A stretch of DNA of 35,204 nucleotides from a virus (Duplodnaviria; Caudoviricetes), in IMG/VR virus record IMGVR_UViG_3300032305_002462, positions 1 to 35,204 of that record, one strand, 5' to 3'. The number at the start of each line of letters is the position of its first letter. Positions within the stretch are counted from its first letter, which is position 1. Shown here one piece after another: positions 17,208 through 25,913 of the stretch. The notes under the pieces were generated by a model. That model saw only the letters and a list, made by a program, of their open reading frames with translations. It did not search any database and was not told the origin of the DNA. Both the position numbers and the translations under genes were made by a program.

Positions 17208-17842
17208 ATGTATCTTTTTATAATTTCATGTAACTGTTTATTTTTCTCTTCAATAGAGATTTCTTGATTATTTATAGAATATGTATTACTGCCTGAGAAA
17301 TTATAATTATCTAAACCTAACTCACTCTCATGACTATGACCTAGCACATTTCTTAAAAATCTTATTGTGACGTGATCATAGTTTTTAAAAAAATTAATCT
17401 CATTTTCAAACCTAGCGTCTGTTATTATGGCATAATCTAAATTGTCATATTTTATTTTATTATAAACAGACCTAACCCAGCAGTCCTTATCAAAGAACCT
17501 AAAAACATCAGTTCCCCATACTTGCATAACTTCCCTTGCTGTCATAAAATCTTCTGTGCTTTTATATTTTTTGTCCCTAATCATTAGGACAGAAAGTCTT
17601 TCTTTATTTATTGGAAGATCTGACCATTTAAAATTAGTTAGAGTATCTTTCTCTTTATTAGAACCCCAACATTGTGTTTCACTTAATCCAAAAATATTGT
17701 GACAAATATCCTTTAAAGATTCAGCAAATGAATAGCATTTAACAGTTTTATTTTTTTCAGCTAGCTTATCTATAATAAAAGCCGCAGCAGAGTCTTTACC
17801 GCTCTGCGCTTTGCCCGTCAAGATAATTATCTTTGTTTTCAT
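17204..17842 (-). CDS. Deoxynucleoside monophosphate kinase (phage type)
   Basis: LTGKAQSGKDSAA, SFAESLK, TAREVMQVWGTDVFR, IITDARFENE, HSHESE. Confidence 0.9.
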   Translation of the reverse strand: MKTKIIILTGKAQSGKDSAAAFIIDKLAEKNKTVKCYSFAESLKDICHNIFGLSETQCWGSNKEKDTLTNFKWSDLPINKERLSVLMIRDKKYKSTEDFMTAREVMQVWGTDVFRFFDKDCWVRSVYNKIKYDNLDYAIITDARFENEINFFKNYDHVTIRFLRNVLGHSHESELGLDNYNFSGSNTYSINNQEISIEEKNKQLHEIIKRYI

Positions 17843-18872
17843 ACCTTTTCCTTAAAACGCTTAATTGCGGCTTAATTTGATTTTTGTATTCATCCTCTGT
17901 AAGCTCTGCAGGATCTTTATCTTTAGGAAGCATTAATTTGACTACGTCAATTTTACTTTGATGTAAAATCTTTGCTTTATTATAGCCTTCTTCTCCAGCC
18001 TTATCAGAATCAAATAGAACTCCTACACATTTTGCGCCAAATTTAATTAAAGAAGATATCTGCGCATTTGATACACTGCAACCATAACTTGCTACGCAGT
18101 TTTTGACGCCAAATTCCCACATTCGCCATAGATCATATGGACCCTCCACGAGAACCGCAAAACCCACCCTTTCTATCCAATGCTTGGCCTCGTGTGAATT
18201 ATATAACTCAATACTCTTATTGAGGCCTTTTGGGTAGTGTCTCCATTTAGAATACATTTTTATATATGGAGAGCTTTTATTTAACCAAGAAGGTATAAAA
18301 AATCCAGTCTCGCTGCACTTTTTATATATACTTCTACCGGAAAATCCTATTAGTTGCCCCTCTTCATTTCTAAGAGGTATCATCACCCTGTGATGTTGAG
18401 GCATTACGTTTTTATCGTTAACTATTCCACAATTAAAATGATTGATTGTATCTGTCTTAAATTTTTTGTTTGGTATATTATCTAAAGCCTTTAATTTCTT
18501 AATATTGGATTCGCTTATAACCGAATTATTCAGTTTTACGTTATCCCTTTTTTCTTTTGGTATATATCCGCAATTAATTTCAGGAGAATTTATTACATTA
18601 CCTATCCACTCAACAGCTTCAGAAAATGTCATGTTCTTTATTGATCGAACAAGACCTATTATATCATTTCCATATTTTTTATGACACTGGTGAGTAAAAC
18701 AAGACCAGCAGTTCTTAGATCTGTCATAAGAAAAAGCAGCATTATTGTCTCCGTTATGGACAGGACAATTTTGCTGCACTCCTCTTTCTGATATAAATTG
18801 AAAACCCAAGCTCTTTAAGATTAGCTCATCATAAGACTCTGCAAGTTTTTTAATTTCAGAAGTCGAGTTCAT
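17796..18872 (-). CDS. dnaG: DNA primase (CHC2 zinc finger plus TOPRIM)
   Basis: CPVHNGDN..WSCFTHQC, RVMIPL..IGFSGR, VLVEGPYD, FDSDKAG, KDPAEL. Confidence 0.93.
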   Translation of the reverse strand: MNSTSEIKKLAESYDELILKSLGFQFISERGVQQNCPVHNGDNNAAFSYDRSKNCWSCFTHQCHKKYGNDIIGLVRSIKNMTFSEAVEWIGNVINSPEINCGYIPKEKRDNVKLNNSVISESNIKKLKALDNIPNKKFKTDTINHFNCGIVNDKNVMPQHHRVMIPLRNEEGQLIGFSGRSIYKKCSETGFFIPSWLNKSSPYIKMYSKWRHYPKGLNKSIELYNSHEAKHWIERVGFAVLVEGPYDLWRMWEFGVKNCVASYGCSVSNAQISSLIKFGAKCVGVLFDSDKAGEEGYNKAKILHQSKIDVVKLMLPKDKDPAELTEDEYKNQIKPQLSVLRKRYENKDNYLDGQSAER

Positions 18873-20304
18873 CGTTTGAGTCTATTGTTGAAGCGTTATC
18901 TAATACTTCAAAGTTAAATCTTCCTTCTACCATTTCTGATCTATCCATATTAGAGATGATATTAATATACTCAGAAGAAGAATCCATACCCTTTCCATAT
19001 CTCGTTTCAACTACGATTAACTTCCTGTCTCCATTTGATTTGCTGTCTCCAGCAGCGAAATCTTCGTCGGTTTTCTTCTTTAAAAAAGCTAAGCTAGAGC
19101 ATAGCCATAAAATTCTATCACTTCCTGAAACTACGCTAGTATCATCTTTATTTATTCCATCTCTATTTAACTGTACGGTGGCTAAAATAGGGACGTCATA
19201 CTTTACAGCAAAATTATGCAACTTTGTTATAAAGTCGCCTAAATATTGGTATTCTTGAAAATTTCCAAGATCTCCAAGGTCCATAGTTTTTAGATAATCT
19301 AAAATTATTAAACAGTCTTTTGTTGAACCGTTTGCATTTTTGCCAACGTGCTTGGAAAGCCATTGTCTGCATATGGAAAAAATTTCTTCTTGCGACATTC
19401 CAGCGACACTCACGTGATAGAATGGCTTTGAAGACATTTCCTGAATTTTGTCTTGAATAATTAAGGAGTCTCTTTCGCTTTTACCGAAAGCTCCTGTTTC
19501 AATAATTGATTGACTTATTCCCGAGCAAAGAGAGGCCCATTTAATGGCCTGTATTTCTTTCTTCATTTCTGTGTCTAAATATAGAACTGGAACTTCGCTC
19601 AGCGCCACATTCTTTGCGACGTTCAGGCAAAATGTACTTTTACCTACTTTTGGTCTAGCTCCTACTACATTAACTGTGCCTCTTCTATACCCTCCGCCTA
19701 CACATTGATCGTATCTAGTATAGCCTGTAGGAATACCCGCTAAAGTTACGGGATTGTCAGACAGATATTTAATGTGCGATATAGCGTACTGCGCTAAATT
19801 AGTGATATCGTTTTCTTTTTTAATCTCTGGAATAAGACTTGTAATAGTCTCTTCGACGCTAGAGATCAAACTAATAATATTTTCTTCTTTTGAAGCTAGA
19901 CTTATCTTTTTCTTAGCTTCTTCAATCTTTATATTAAGCTTCTTTAATACAAAATATTTTTTTATTTCTTTTAGATTTATCTTCGCCTCATCTTTAGAGA
20001 CATGCAAACCCATGGCTAATTCTATTGTTGGCGAATATTTTTTATTGATTTTATCTTGAGGTATGCCATTAGTTTTAGCAAAAGAATAAATCATCTCACT
20101 TGTTATGGTATCTACATTTTCACTTTTATATAGATCACAAACAAATGAGTATATACTAGCATTTTCTTCTTTAGAGAAGTGGTCCTTAGAAAGCGAGTCT
20201 AAATCGGTAAAGAAATTTATAGATCCGCATTTAAATGCATAAGACAATATTGACAACTCAGGATCATGAAGAGGCTCTGCATCTGTTGCATTTAAGTTTT
20301 GCAT
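18856..20304 (-). CDS. dnaB: Replicative DNA helicase
   Basis: GIPTGY, Walker A GARPKVGKS, LYLDTEM, IILDYL, TVQLNR, TRYG. Confidence 0.93.
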   Translation of the reverse strand: MQNLNATDAEPLHDPELSILSYAFKCGSINFFTDLDSLSKDHFSKEENASIYSFVCDLYKSENVDTITSEMIYSFAKTNGIPQDKINKKYSPTIELAMGLHVSKDEAKINLKEIKKYFVLKKLNIKIEEAKKKISLASKEENIISLISSVEETITSLIPEIKKENDITNLAQYAISHIKYLSDNPVTLAGIPTGYTRYDQCVGGGYRRGTVNVVGARPKVGKSTFCLNVAKNVALSEVPVLYLDTEMKKEIQAIKWASLCSGISQSIIETGAFGKSERDSLIIQDKIQEMSSKPFYHVSVAGMSQEEIFSICRQWLSKHVGKNANGSTKDCLIILDYLKTMDLGDLGNFQEYQYLGDFITKLHNFAVKYDVPILATVQLNRDGINKDDTSVVSGSDRILWLCSSLAFLKKKTDEDFAAGDSKSNGDRKLIVVETRYGKGMDSSSEYINIISNMDRSEMVEGRFNFEVLDNASTIDSNDELDF

Positions 20305-20776
20305 TTGTACCTGATTCTAGCACGCCAGTTGGATACTCTTTATTAAAGTCGAAGTCTACGCCACAAGAAGCGCATTTCTTAATGTTTGGCTTGTATTCTG
20401 CTCTTCTATCTTTGATTCTATTTTTCTTTTTTTGCTTTTCTAAAAACTCTTTGTATGCTGGATTAGAGTCCTCTGGTAATTCAAATTCAGAACTGCTTAT
20501 GAACTGCATTTCGCCAGAAACCCTATTAGACGGTTGATATTCTATAACTTCTTTTTCTTGTGGTTTAGGATCTTCGTTTTCAATAGTTTTATCTGATTCA
20601 AAATCTACTGAACTAAGAATCTCCATAGCTCTATCTATAGCTTTCTTTAGATTCGCGTTATTAAAATTTTTTGTGGGAGGAGCCTCTTCCATGAACATAT
20701 ACTCATAAAAGGATCTGACTTCTTCCATATCCCCGTTTGCTATGGCGATTTTTAATTTTTCTTTTTTATCTTTCAT
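20264..20776 (-). CDS. Hypothetical protein with a C-terminal zinc ribbon
   Basis: CASCG...KCNRC at the C-terminus. Overlaps the dnaB start. Confidence 0.7.
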   Translation of the reverse strand: MKDKKEKLKIAIANGDMEEVRSFYEYMFMEEAPPTKNFNNANLKKAIDRAMEILSSVDFESDKTIENEDPKPQEKEVIEYQPSNRVSGEMQFISSSEFELPEDSNPAYKEFLEKQKKKNRIKDRRAEYKPNIKKCASCGVDFDFNKEYPTGVLESGTNAKLKCNRCRASS

Positions 20777-21242
20777 TATTATACCTTCTATCTGCAGCTA
20801 AAGCTTTGATTGAATTAGCCATAAATTCTATTTTTCTATCTATGTCTTCAATTTGATTTGCTGTTATATTTAAATTGACTTTGACAGATTCTAACTCTTT
20901 CGCAACAGGATCATTTCTTTTTATTACAAGAGATTTTTCACTTAATCCATAACCGCTAGTATTAGGTAGCTCTCTACCTATAATAGAGCTTATGTTTGCG
21001 TCACACCAATTAATTATAGACTTTAGTTTATTAATCTTAGACTTTATGTAAATAGAGTATTGTGATAATTTTATAGCGTTTATCAACAAGTCTTCACTAG
21101 TTTGAGCTTTTAATTCGCTGTGATTTAGATTTAATATTTTTACAATTTCATCTGGCTCTTTTATGTTTAAAATATCAGCAGATTGTAACTCTGCTATTTT
21201 ATCTAGTATTTTACTTTTTGAGGATTGTGATATCTCAGACAT
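20766..21242 (-). CDS. Coiled-coil protein, possibly a UvsY-like recombination mediator
   Basis: 158 aa, all-helical heptad pattern, located between recA and dnaB. Function is inferred from size and context only. Confidence 0.4.
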   Translation of the reverse strand: MSEISQSSKSKILDKIAELQSADILNIKEPDEIVKILNLNHSELKAQTSEDLLINAIKLSQYSIYIKSKINKLKSIINWCDANISSIIGRELPNTSGYGLSEKSLVIKRNDPVAKELESVKVNLNITANQIEDIDRKIEFMANSIKALAADRRYNNER

Positions 21243-21633
21243 TTAAAATCTTTTTTACCTCATTTGAACTTCTTACTTCGTGAAGTCTTATATTGTTTAA
21301 CTCACAGAAAAAACGCTTATTTTCATCTCTAGTTTTTTGATCTTCAAATTCGGCTAGGCTTTTGTGAAAAAATGGATTCATTTTGTCATGCTGTTCGCCT
21401 TGAACCTCAAAAGCAATTTTTCTGTTTGGAAGAAAAAAATCTAAAGACAGTCTTGTATCTGGTATTGTGATATCCTCAAGAATTGGGTCTAAAGGATATC
21501 TTGATTTAATGATCTGACCTATTTCGTATTGTATATTTGAACGACAAGCGGCCTTATTTTTCAAAGGCCAGCTACTTTGTCTCACATCCCATGTCACTGA
21601 AGCATTAGGATTATCTATAGATTTTACCTTCAT
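21235..21633 (-). CDS. DUF559/Vsr-like endonuclease
   Basis: LSLDFFLP..IAFEVQGEQH..RDENK..C..NNIRL. Confidence 0.8.
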   Translation of the reverse strand: MKVKSIDNPNASVTWDVRQSSWPLKNKAACRSNIQYEIGQIIKSRYPLDPILEDITIPDTRLSLDFFLPNRKIAFEVQGEQHDKMNPFFHKSLAEFEDQKTRDENKRFFCELNNIRLHEVRSSNEVKKILNV

Positions 21634-21941
21634 TTCTTCTTTATCTTTTTCTTTGAGTTAGAAATTATGTCTTCTAGACTTATATCGTGATTTCTGTGGT
21701 AAAAGTACCATCCCTTGACTTCTTTACTATATTTCACAAGATCTTCAACTGTTACAGAGGATTCCTCTATTTCGTGTGGGGTATCCTCTAGACTCATATC
21801 ATTAATTTCTGCCATTATATCTCTAACAGCCCAGTCTTTCCAGACTGGAAATGTGAAAGAAACCTTTACCATTTTTAGGCTTTCAGCGGAAAGTGGGCTA
21901 TCGATTTTTTCATTCTTATCTTTTATTTTCTTGAAATTCAT
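21630..21941 (-). CDS. Hypothetical protein
   Basis: 103 aa with an AGGAG RBS upstream and an ATGA overlap downstream. Confidence 0.7.
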   Translation of the reverse strand: MNFKKIKDKNEKIDSPLSAESLKMVKVSFTFPVWKDWAVRDIMAEINDMSLEDTPHEIEESSVTVEDLVKYSKEVKGWYFYHRNHDISLEDIISNSKKKIKKK

Positions 21942-21950
21942 ATATACTCC

Positions 21951-22922
21951 TTATATAGCCATTGTTCTTATTTGATCATAAATTTCTTTGCTTAACACTT
22001 GGTTTTTTCTCAAATGCTCTATGACATTCATTTGTCCTTGAAGCTTTTCCTTGCTTCCTGGAACTGTGTACCATGCTCCAGATTTTGATATGATACCAAA
22101 TTCACAAGCTAGATTGAAAAGATCCATTGTTTCATCAACGCCCTTTCCATATATTATAGGTATGGATACATCAGCACCAGGTGAACCAAGTGCTGAAGCG
22201 ACTATATAAAAATGAGCGTTTTGACCTATAGTTTTGTTGTTTGTATCTTCTATATCCTGTTTCCATCCACCCTCAAGCCAAACAGACGCTCCATATTGAG
22301 GAGCGTTTCCTCCTACCCCATAACTCTTTTTACCAGGTCCGGGGTTAGGATTAGCAATCATATGAGTAAGCGCTATGAAGGTGCTTTTTGTGACAGGCAG
22401 TATTTGACTTACTCGTCTAAACATTTTATACATTAGACTAGCTGTTCCAGCCATTTTAACACCATCACCTATGTTTGATGAAAGCTCTGCTTCAGGACAT
22501 AGGGCCGCGATAGAATCTAGAATGCAAATGCACTTGGGATAATCCTTTAGTGTGGTGTAAACAAGATTCAGAAAATCTTCCGCACTAAGTATCTTATTTT
22601 CATTTGATCTAACTATCGCAATATTTTCTCTATTTAGATCTGGAAAGCAATCTAAAAGCTCTGTTCTAAGACGCCCCTCAACATCAAAAAAGAAAGCTTT
22701 TTTAGTCGGGTCTTCTCTATGGCACTGTTGCACGTAATGTAAAGCTAAAGTTGTTTTTCCAACCTTAGGCTTACCACTCATTAAAACACTAGAGCCTTCA
22801 GGAATACCTCCAGAAAGAGCTATGTCTAGAGAAAGAGTAGTTTTAAAAGTTCTACCCTGCTCCTCTTTGAGTGCTGTTACTGGGATTAAAAAATTCTCTA
22901 ATGAAATATCTGATTTACTCAT
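21951..22922 (-). CDS. recA: RecA/UvsX-family recombinase
   Basis: TLSLDIALSGGIP, Walker A SGKPKVGKTT, FFDVEG, ILDSIAAL, GGNA, IIYGKGVD, KSGAWY, QG. Confidence 0.9.
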   Translation of the reverse strand: MSKSDISLENFLIPVTALKEEQGRTFKTTLSLDIALSGGIPEGSSVLMSGKPKVGKTTLALHYVQQCHREDPTKKAFFFDVEGRLRTELLDCFPDLNRENIAIVRSNENKILSAEDFLNLVYTTLKDYPKCICILDSIAALCPEAELSSNIGDGVKMAGTASLMYKMFRRVSQILPVTKSTFIALTHMIANPNPGPGKKSYGVGGNAPQYGASVWLEGGWKQDIEDTNNKTIGQNAHFYIVASALGSPGADVSIPIIYGKGVDETMDLFNLACEFGIISKSGAWYTVPGSKEKLQGQMNVIEHLRKNQVLSKEIYDQIRTMAI

Positions 22923-23380
22923 ATCAAATCTTTTTCTTTGGTTTCTCTCTTGAAGATAATAGCATCTGGAACTTCAACAGTTTTAGATTTTGATTTTTTA
23001 CTGTCGATTAAGTCTATTTCATTTTGAAAAATATTATACAGTAAACTTTTCTGTTTTTCTAGTGGCAGATATATCAGAGTGATAATACCTTTATCTTTAA
23101 CATAAGATATAACCGTCTCCACACTGAAAACTTTTAGAAGTCTTTTAACATAAGTAATTTCTAGAGAGAAATCTTTTGCTAGCTCTTTTAGGTCTGGATT
23201 TGCTAAAAGAACATCCTTCCTCCAAAACGGAACTAGAGGCTTGGAAATCTTTTCGCCTTTCTTGATTTTGAAAGCAATTTTATTTTCTAAAATAAGCTCT
23301 GTTATGTAAGCTTCTATTGGAATCTTTAGCTTTGGGACAAAGTTTGAGTCCCAATCTTTGGTATTAGTAGATCTGCGCAT
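22919..23380 (-). CDS. Hypothetical protein
   Basis: 153 aa ORF coupled to recA by an ATGA overlap. Confidence 0.65.
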   Translation of the reverse strand: MRRSTNTKDWDSNFVPKLKIPIEAYITELILENKIAFKIKKGEKISKPLVPFWRKDVLLANPDLKELAKDFSLEITYVKRLLKVFSVETVISYVKDKGIITLIYLPLEKQKSLLYNIFQNEIDLIDSKKSKSKTVEVPDAIIFKRETKEKDLI

Positions 23381-23772
23381 TTTTCTAAATTTCTTTGTTC
23401 GGATTCTATAAGGTTAAGATCTCTATCAAACCAACTGATTTGAATTAAATTTATTTCTTGATCATAGAAGCCTATACCAAAAGCTTCATGACTATTATGA
23501 TCACCTAGGTTTATCGCTAGCTTCTTAGAAAAGAAGAAGTTACTAGATCCTTTTGTTTCTATAGAAACTTTTTTATACCCAGAACCATTTGCGTTGTCTT
23601 TTTTAAACAATTTTATTGATACTGGATTAATTTTAAGATCGCAAACTTCTTGCTGAACCTTAAACCATTCTGATATTTCTCCTGGCTGTTGTGTCTGGTC
23701 TAAAGCAATCAGACCATTATCAAATAAAATTCCCCAGAAGATTTCTAGCGCCTTGTCTGGGTTTCCATTCAT
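23326..23772 (-). CDS. Hypothetical protein
   Basis: 148 aa ORF in the operon, ATGA overlap upstream. Confidence 0.65.
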   Translation of the reverse strand: MNGNPDKALEIFWGILFDNGLIALDQTQQPGEISEWFKVQQEVCDLKINPVSIKLFKKDNANGSGYKKVSIETKGSSNFFFSKKLAINLGDHNSHEAFGIGFYDQEINLIQISWFDRDLNLIESEQRNLEKCADLLIPKIGTQTLSQS

Positions 23773-24014
23773 TTAGAAAATCCTCGAACAGAGTCAGCTT
23801 TTTCTGACTGACCTTGAGTTCTAACAACAGAAGTTAGAATCTGACCACCAGTTGAAGCTATATAGCCTTTCTTTTCTGGGATCGGAGGATTATAGAAATT
23901 ATCTAAAGCATTATTAATAATATTTGAGACAGATAAAACATCATCATCGTCGCAAATTTCAGATACGCTTTTTTTAATTTGTCTTTTTAATTTATTTAAA
24001 TTTGTCTTGTTCAT
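23769..24014 (-). CDS. Hypothetical protein
   Basis: 81 aa ORF in the operon. Confidence 0.6.
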   Translation of the reverse strand: MNKTNLNKLKRQIKKSVSEICDDDDVLSVSNIINNALDNFYNPPIPEKKGYIASTGGQILTSVVRTQGQSEKADSVRGFSK

Positions 24015-24015
24015 A

Positions 24016-24354
24016 TCATCTCTTATAATAAATTTGAGCTTTAGTGAGCAAATAACTATTTCTATCTCTTAAGTAGCTTACATAGTTATCGTAACATTCT
24101 TTATTTACTTCTTCAAATAAGAATTCGTTTTCTAATCTTGTTTGATTCTTTTCGTCAATTTTATCAACTATTGGATTATAGAGTCTTCTTTGTCTTTTTG
24201 ATGCTAGTACGTAGAATTTAACGCTAGAAGATATATGTACAGACTTAGCTGCAGCATTCGTATTATCTGTTGACTCTTTGCCTGAATTAGAGGTATACCA
24301 TGTGCTGATATTATTGTCTTCTTTTATTTGTTTTGCGTTTTTAATAAATTTCAT
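24016..24354 (-). CDS. Hypothetical protein
   Basis: 112 aa ORF in the operon, ATGA overlap upstream. Confidence 0.65.
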   Translation of the reverse strand: MKFIKNAKQIKEDNNISTWYTSNSGKESTDNTNAAAKSVHISSSVKFYVLASKRQRRLYNPIVDKIDEKNQTRLENEFLFEEVNKECYDNYVSYLRDRNSYLLTKAQIYYKR

Positions 24355-24653
24355 TTTATTCTCTTTACTATAACTGTCATCAATGGAATTTCTCCATTAT
24401 CTTTGAAGTCGGTATTTATAATTGCTGTTTTTTGAGAAGGTGTGTCTATTGGACTACAAGACAAACAACCTTTTATTTCTTGCGGTTTGCTTGCGACTTT
24501 ATTTTCTCCATACCATGCAGCCTGAACAAGAAATCTTTTTTCGCAATCTCTTATTATAATTTCAGCCATCTTTAAGTTTGTATTGTCGCAATAAATAGTA
24601 GCGACTTTAGCCTTAAAGCCATCTGAGTCAATCTCTTTTTGTTTTATACTCAT
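24351..24653 (-). CDS. Hypothetical protein
   Basis: 100 aa ORF with ATGA overlaps on both sides. Confidence 0.65.
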   Translation of the reverse strand: MSIKQKEIDSDGFKAKVATIYCDNTNLKMAEIIIRDCEKRFLVQAAWYGENKVASKPQEIKGCLSCSPIDTPSQKTAIINTDFKDNGEIPLMTVIVKRIK

Positions 24654-25003
24654 ATTTTCTTTTCGCCGGTCATAATGTAATGATGCTTTTGAGCCGGAGT
24701 CATATTAGCTATATCAGCCATATGCTTTTTCTTTTTCTTTAATTCTCGCTTTTTAGACTCCCAGTTCAAAGTCGATTTAGGAAGCTTTCCTTCTTTAACT
24801 AGATCTTCTGTATTCTTATTGGCTAAATCGCCTATAGTCTTTATTTTTTTAGAGTCTACAACAGAGTTCAGTCCAGAATAGTCTCTACAATATTCACCCT
24901 TACAATTCTCTAAAGGGCAAACTGTAGGTTTTTCATCAGACATCTTTAAAAATATTTCTTCTTGATGTCCACATTTTTTGCAAAAAAAAGGATATATTGG
25001 CAT
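24650..25003 (-). CDS. FmdB-family zinc-ribbon protein
   Basis: MPIYPFFCKKCGH..E....MSD....CP...C, the typical FmdB N-terminus. Confidence 0.85.
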   Translation of the reverse strand: MPIYPFFCKKCGHQEEIFLKMSDEKPTVCPLENCKGEYCRDYSGLNSVVDSKKIKTIGDLANKNTEDLVKEGKLPKSTLNWESKKRELKKKKKHMADIANMTPAQKHHYIMTGEKKI

Positions 25004-25013
25004 CTTGTAAGTC

Positions 25014-25394
25014 TCACTTAGACTTAATATATTTCTTGTACTTAGGGATAAATTTGCATAAGCTGACGTCTTTTGCTATATAAAAATCCCCATCTCTTTC
25101 AAGAGCTCCATTTTTAACCTGCTTTTCGCATAAGATTATTGAATAAAACTCATCGCTGAAAAGCTCATCAGATCTTGATATCGTAAAATCTTTAGGTACT
25201 GAAAAAATTAATTTAGAACCAAAATATTTATGACTAATTATAGTCATTTTGGCTGAAATTTTTTCTAGCATGTCATCTTCAATAACTTCAAAAACAATTG
25301 AATCCAACTCAAGTCCAGAGTATATAGACGAATATAATCTCAATAGTTCAACTTTATATTTTGAGACGTATTTTTCTGCGTTTATGTTGGACAT
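25014..25394 (-). CDS. Hypothetical protein preceded by the GTGTAT motif
   Basis: 126 aa ORF with no recognisable motif. Confidence 0.65.
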   Translation of the reverse strand: MSNINAEKYVSKYKVELLRLYSSIYSGLELDSIVFEVIEDDMLEKISAKMTIISHKYFGSKLIFSVPKDFTISRSDELFSDEFYSIILCEKQVKNGALERDGDFYIAKDVSLCKFIPKYKKYIKSK

Positions 25395-25408
25395 GATATT
25401 GAATACAC
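25394..25408 (-). promoter_or_regulatory. Candidate late promoter GTGTAT-N8-ATG (leaderless)
   Basis: The minus strand reads taa GTGTAT tcaatatc ATG, filling the 14-bp gap. Spacing is identical to the copy at 2391. Confidence 0.55.
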
Positions 25409-25912
25409 TTATTTTATTCCGGAAGAACCAAAGCCATTAGATCCTCTATCTGTTTCACTAAGTGCTTTAGATAAAGTAAATTGAACTTTTTCGTATCTAG
25501 AAACAACGCCTTGAGCTATTCTGTCACCTTTAGAAACTAAAAAGTCTTGATCACTTAAATTAGCAAGAATTATACAAACTTCTCCTCTATAGTCAGAGTC
25601 GATTGTTCCTGGGGCATTTAATACAAATATTTTATTTTTAGCAGCTAAGCCGCTACGGGATCTTACCTGTAGCTCAAAACCCTGAGGGATCTCTAATGAT
25701 ATTCCAGTTTTAATAACGACTACATCTTTACTCTTAATTAATACATCTTCTACTGAGTAGAAATCGAATCCGGCAGAACCAGAAGTTGCGTAAACTGGTA
25801 ATCTTTGAACATTATTATTTTCTAAAAAGATAGTTTTAACTTCAATCATAGATGTTTCATTAATAATATTTTTATATGTTTCAGGATGACATTTTTGATA
25901 TATATCAAGCAT
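25409..25912 (-). CDS. dut: Trimeric dUTPase
   Basis: SAGFDF, RSRSGLA, NAPGTIDSDYRGE, GDRIAQ, RGSNGFGSSG. Confidence 0.97.
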   Translation of the reverse strand: MLDIYQKCHPETYKNIINETSMIEVKTIFLENNNVQRLPVYATSGSAGFDFYSVEDVLIKSKDVVVIKTGISLEIPQGFELQVRSRSGLAAKNKIFVLNAPGTIDSDYRGEVCIILANLSDQDFLVSKGDRIAQGVVSRYEKVQFTLSKALSETDRGSNGFGSSGIK

Positions 25913-25913
25913 T

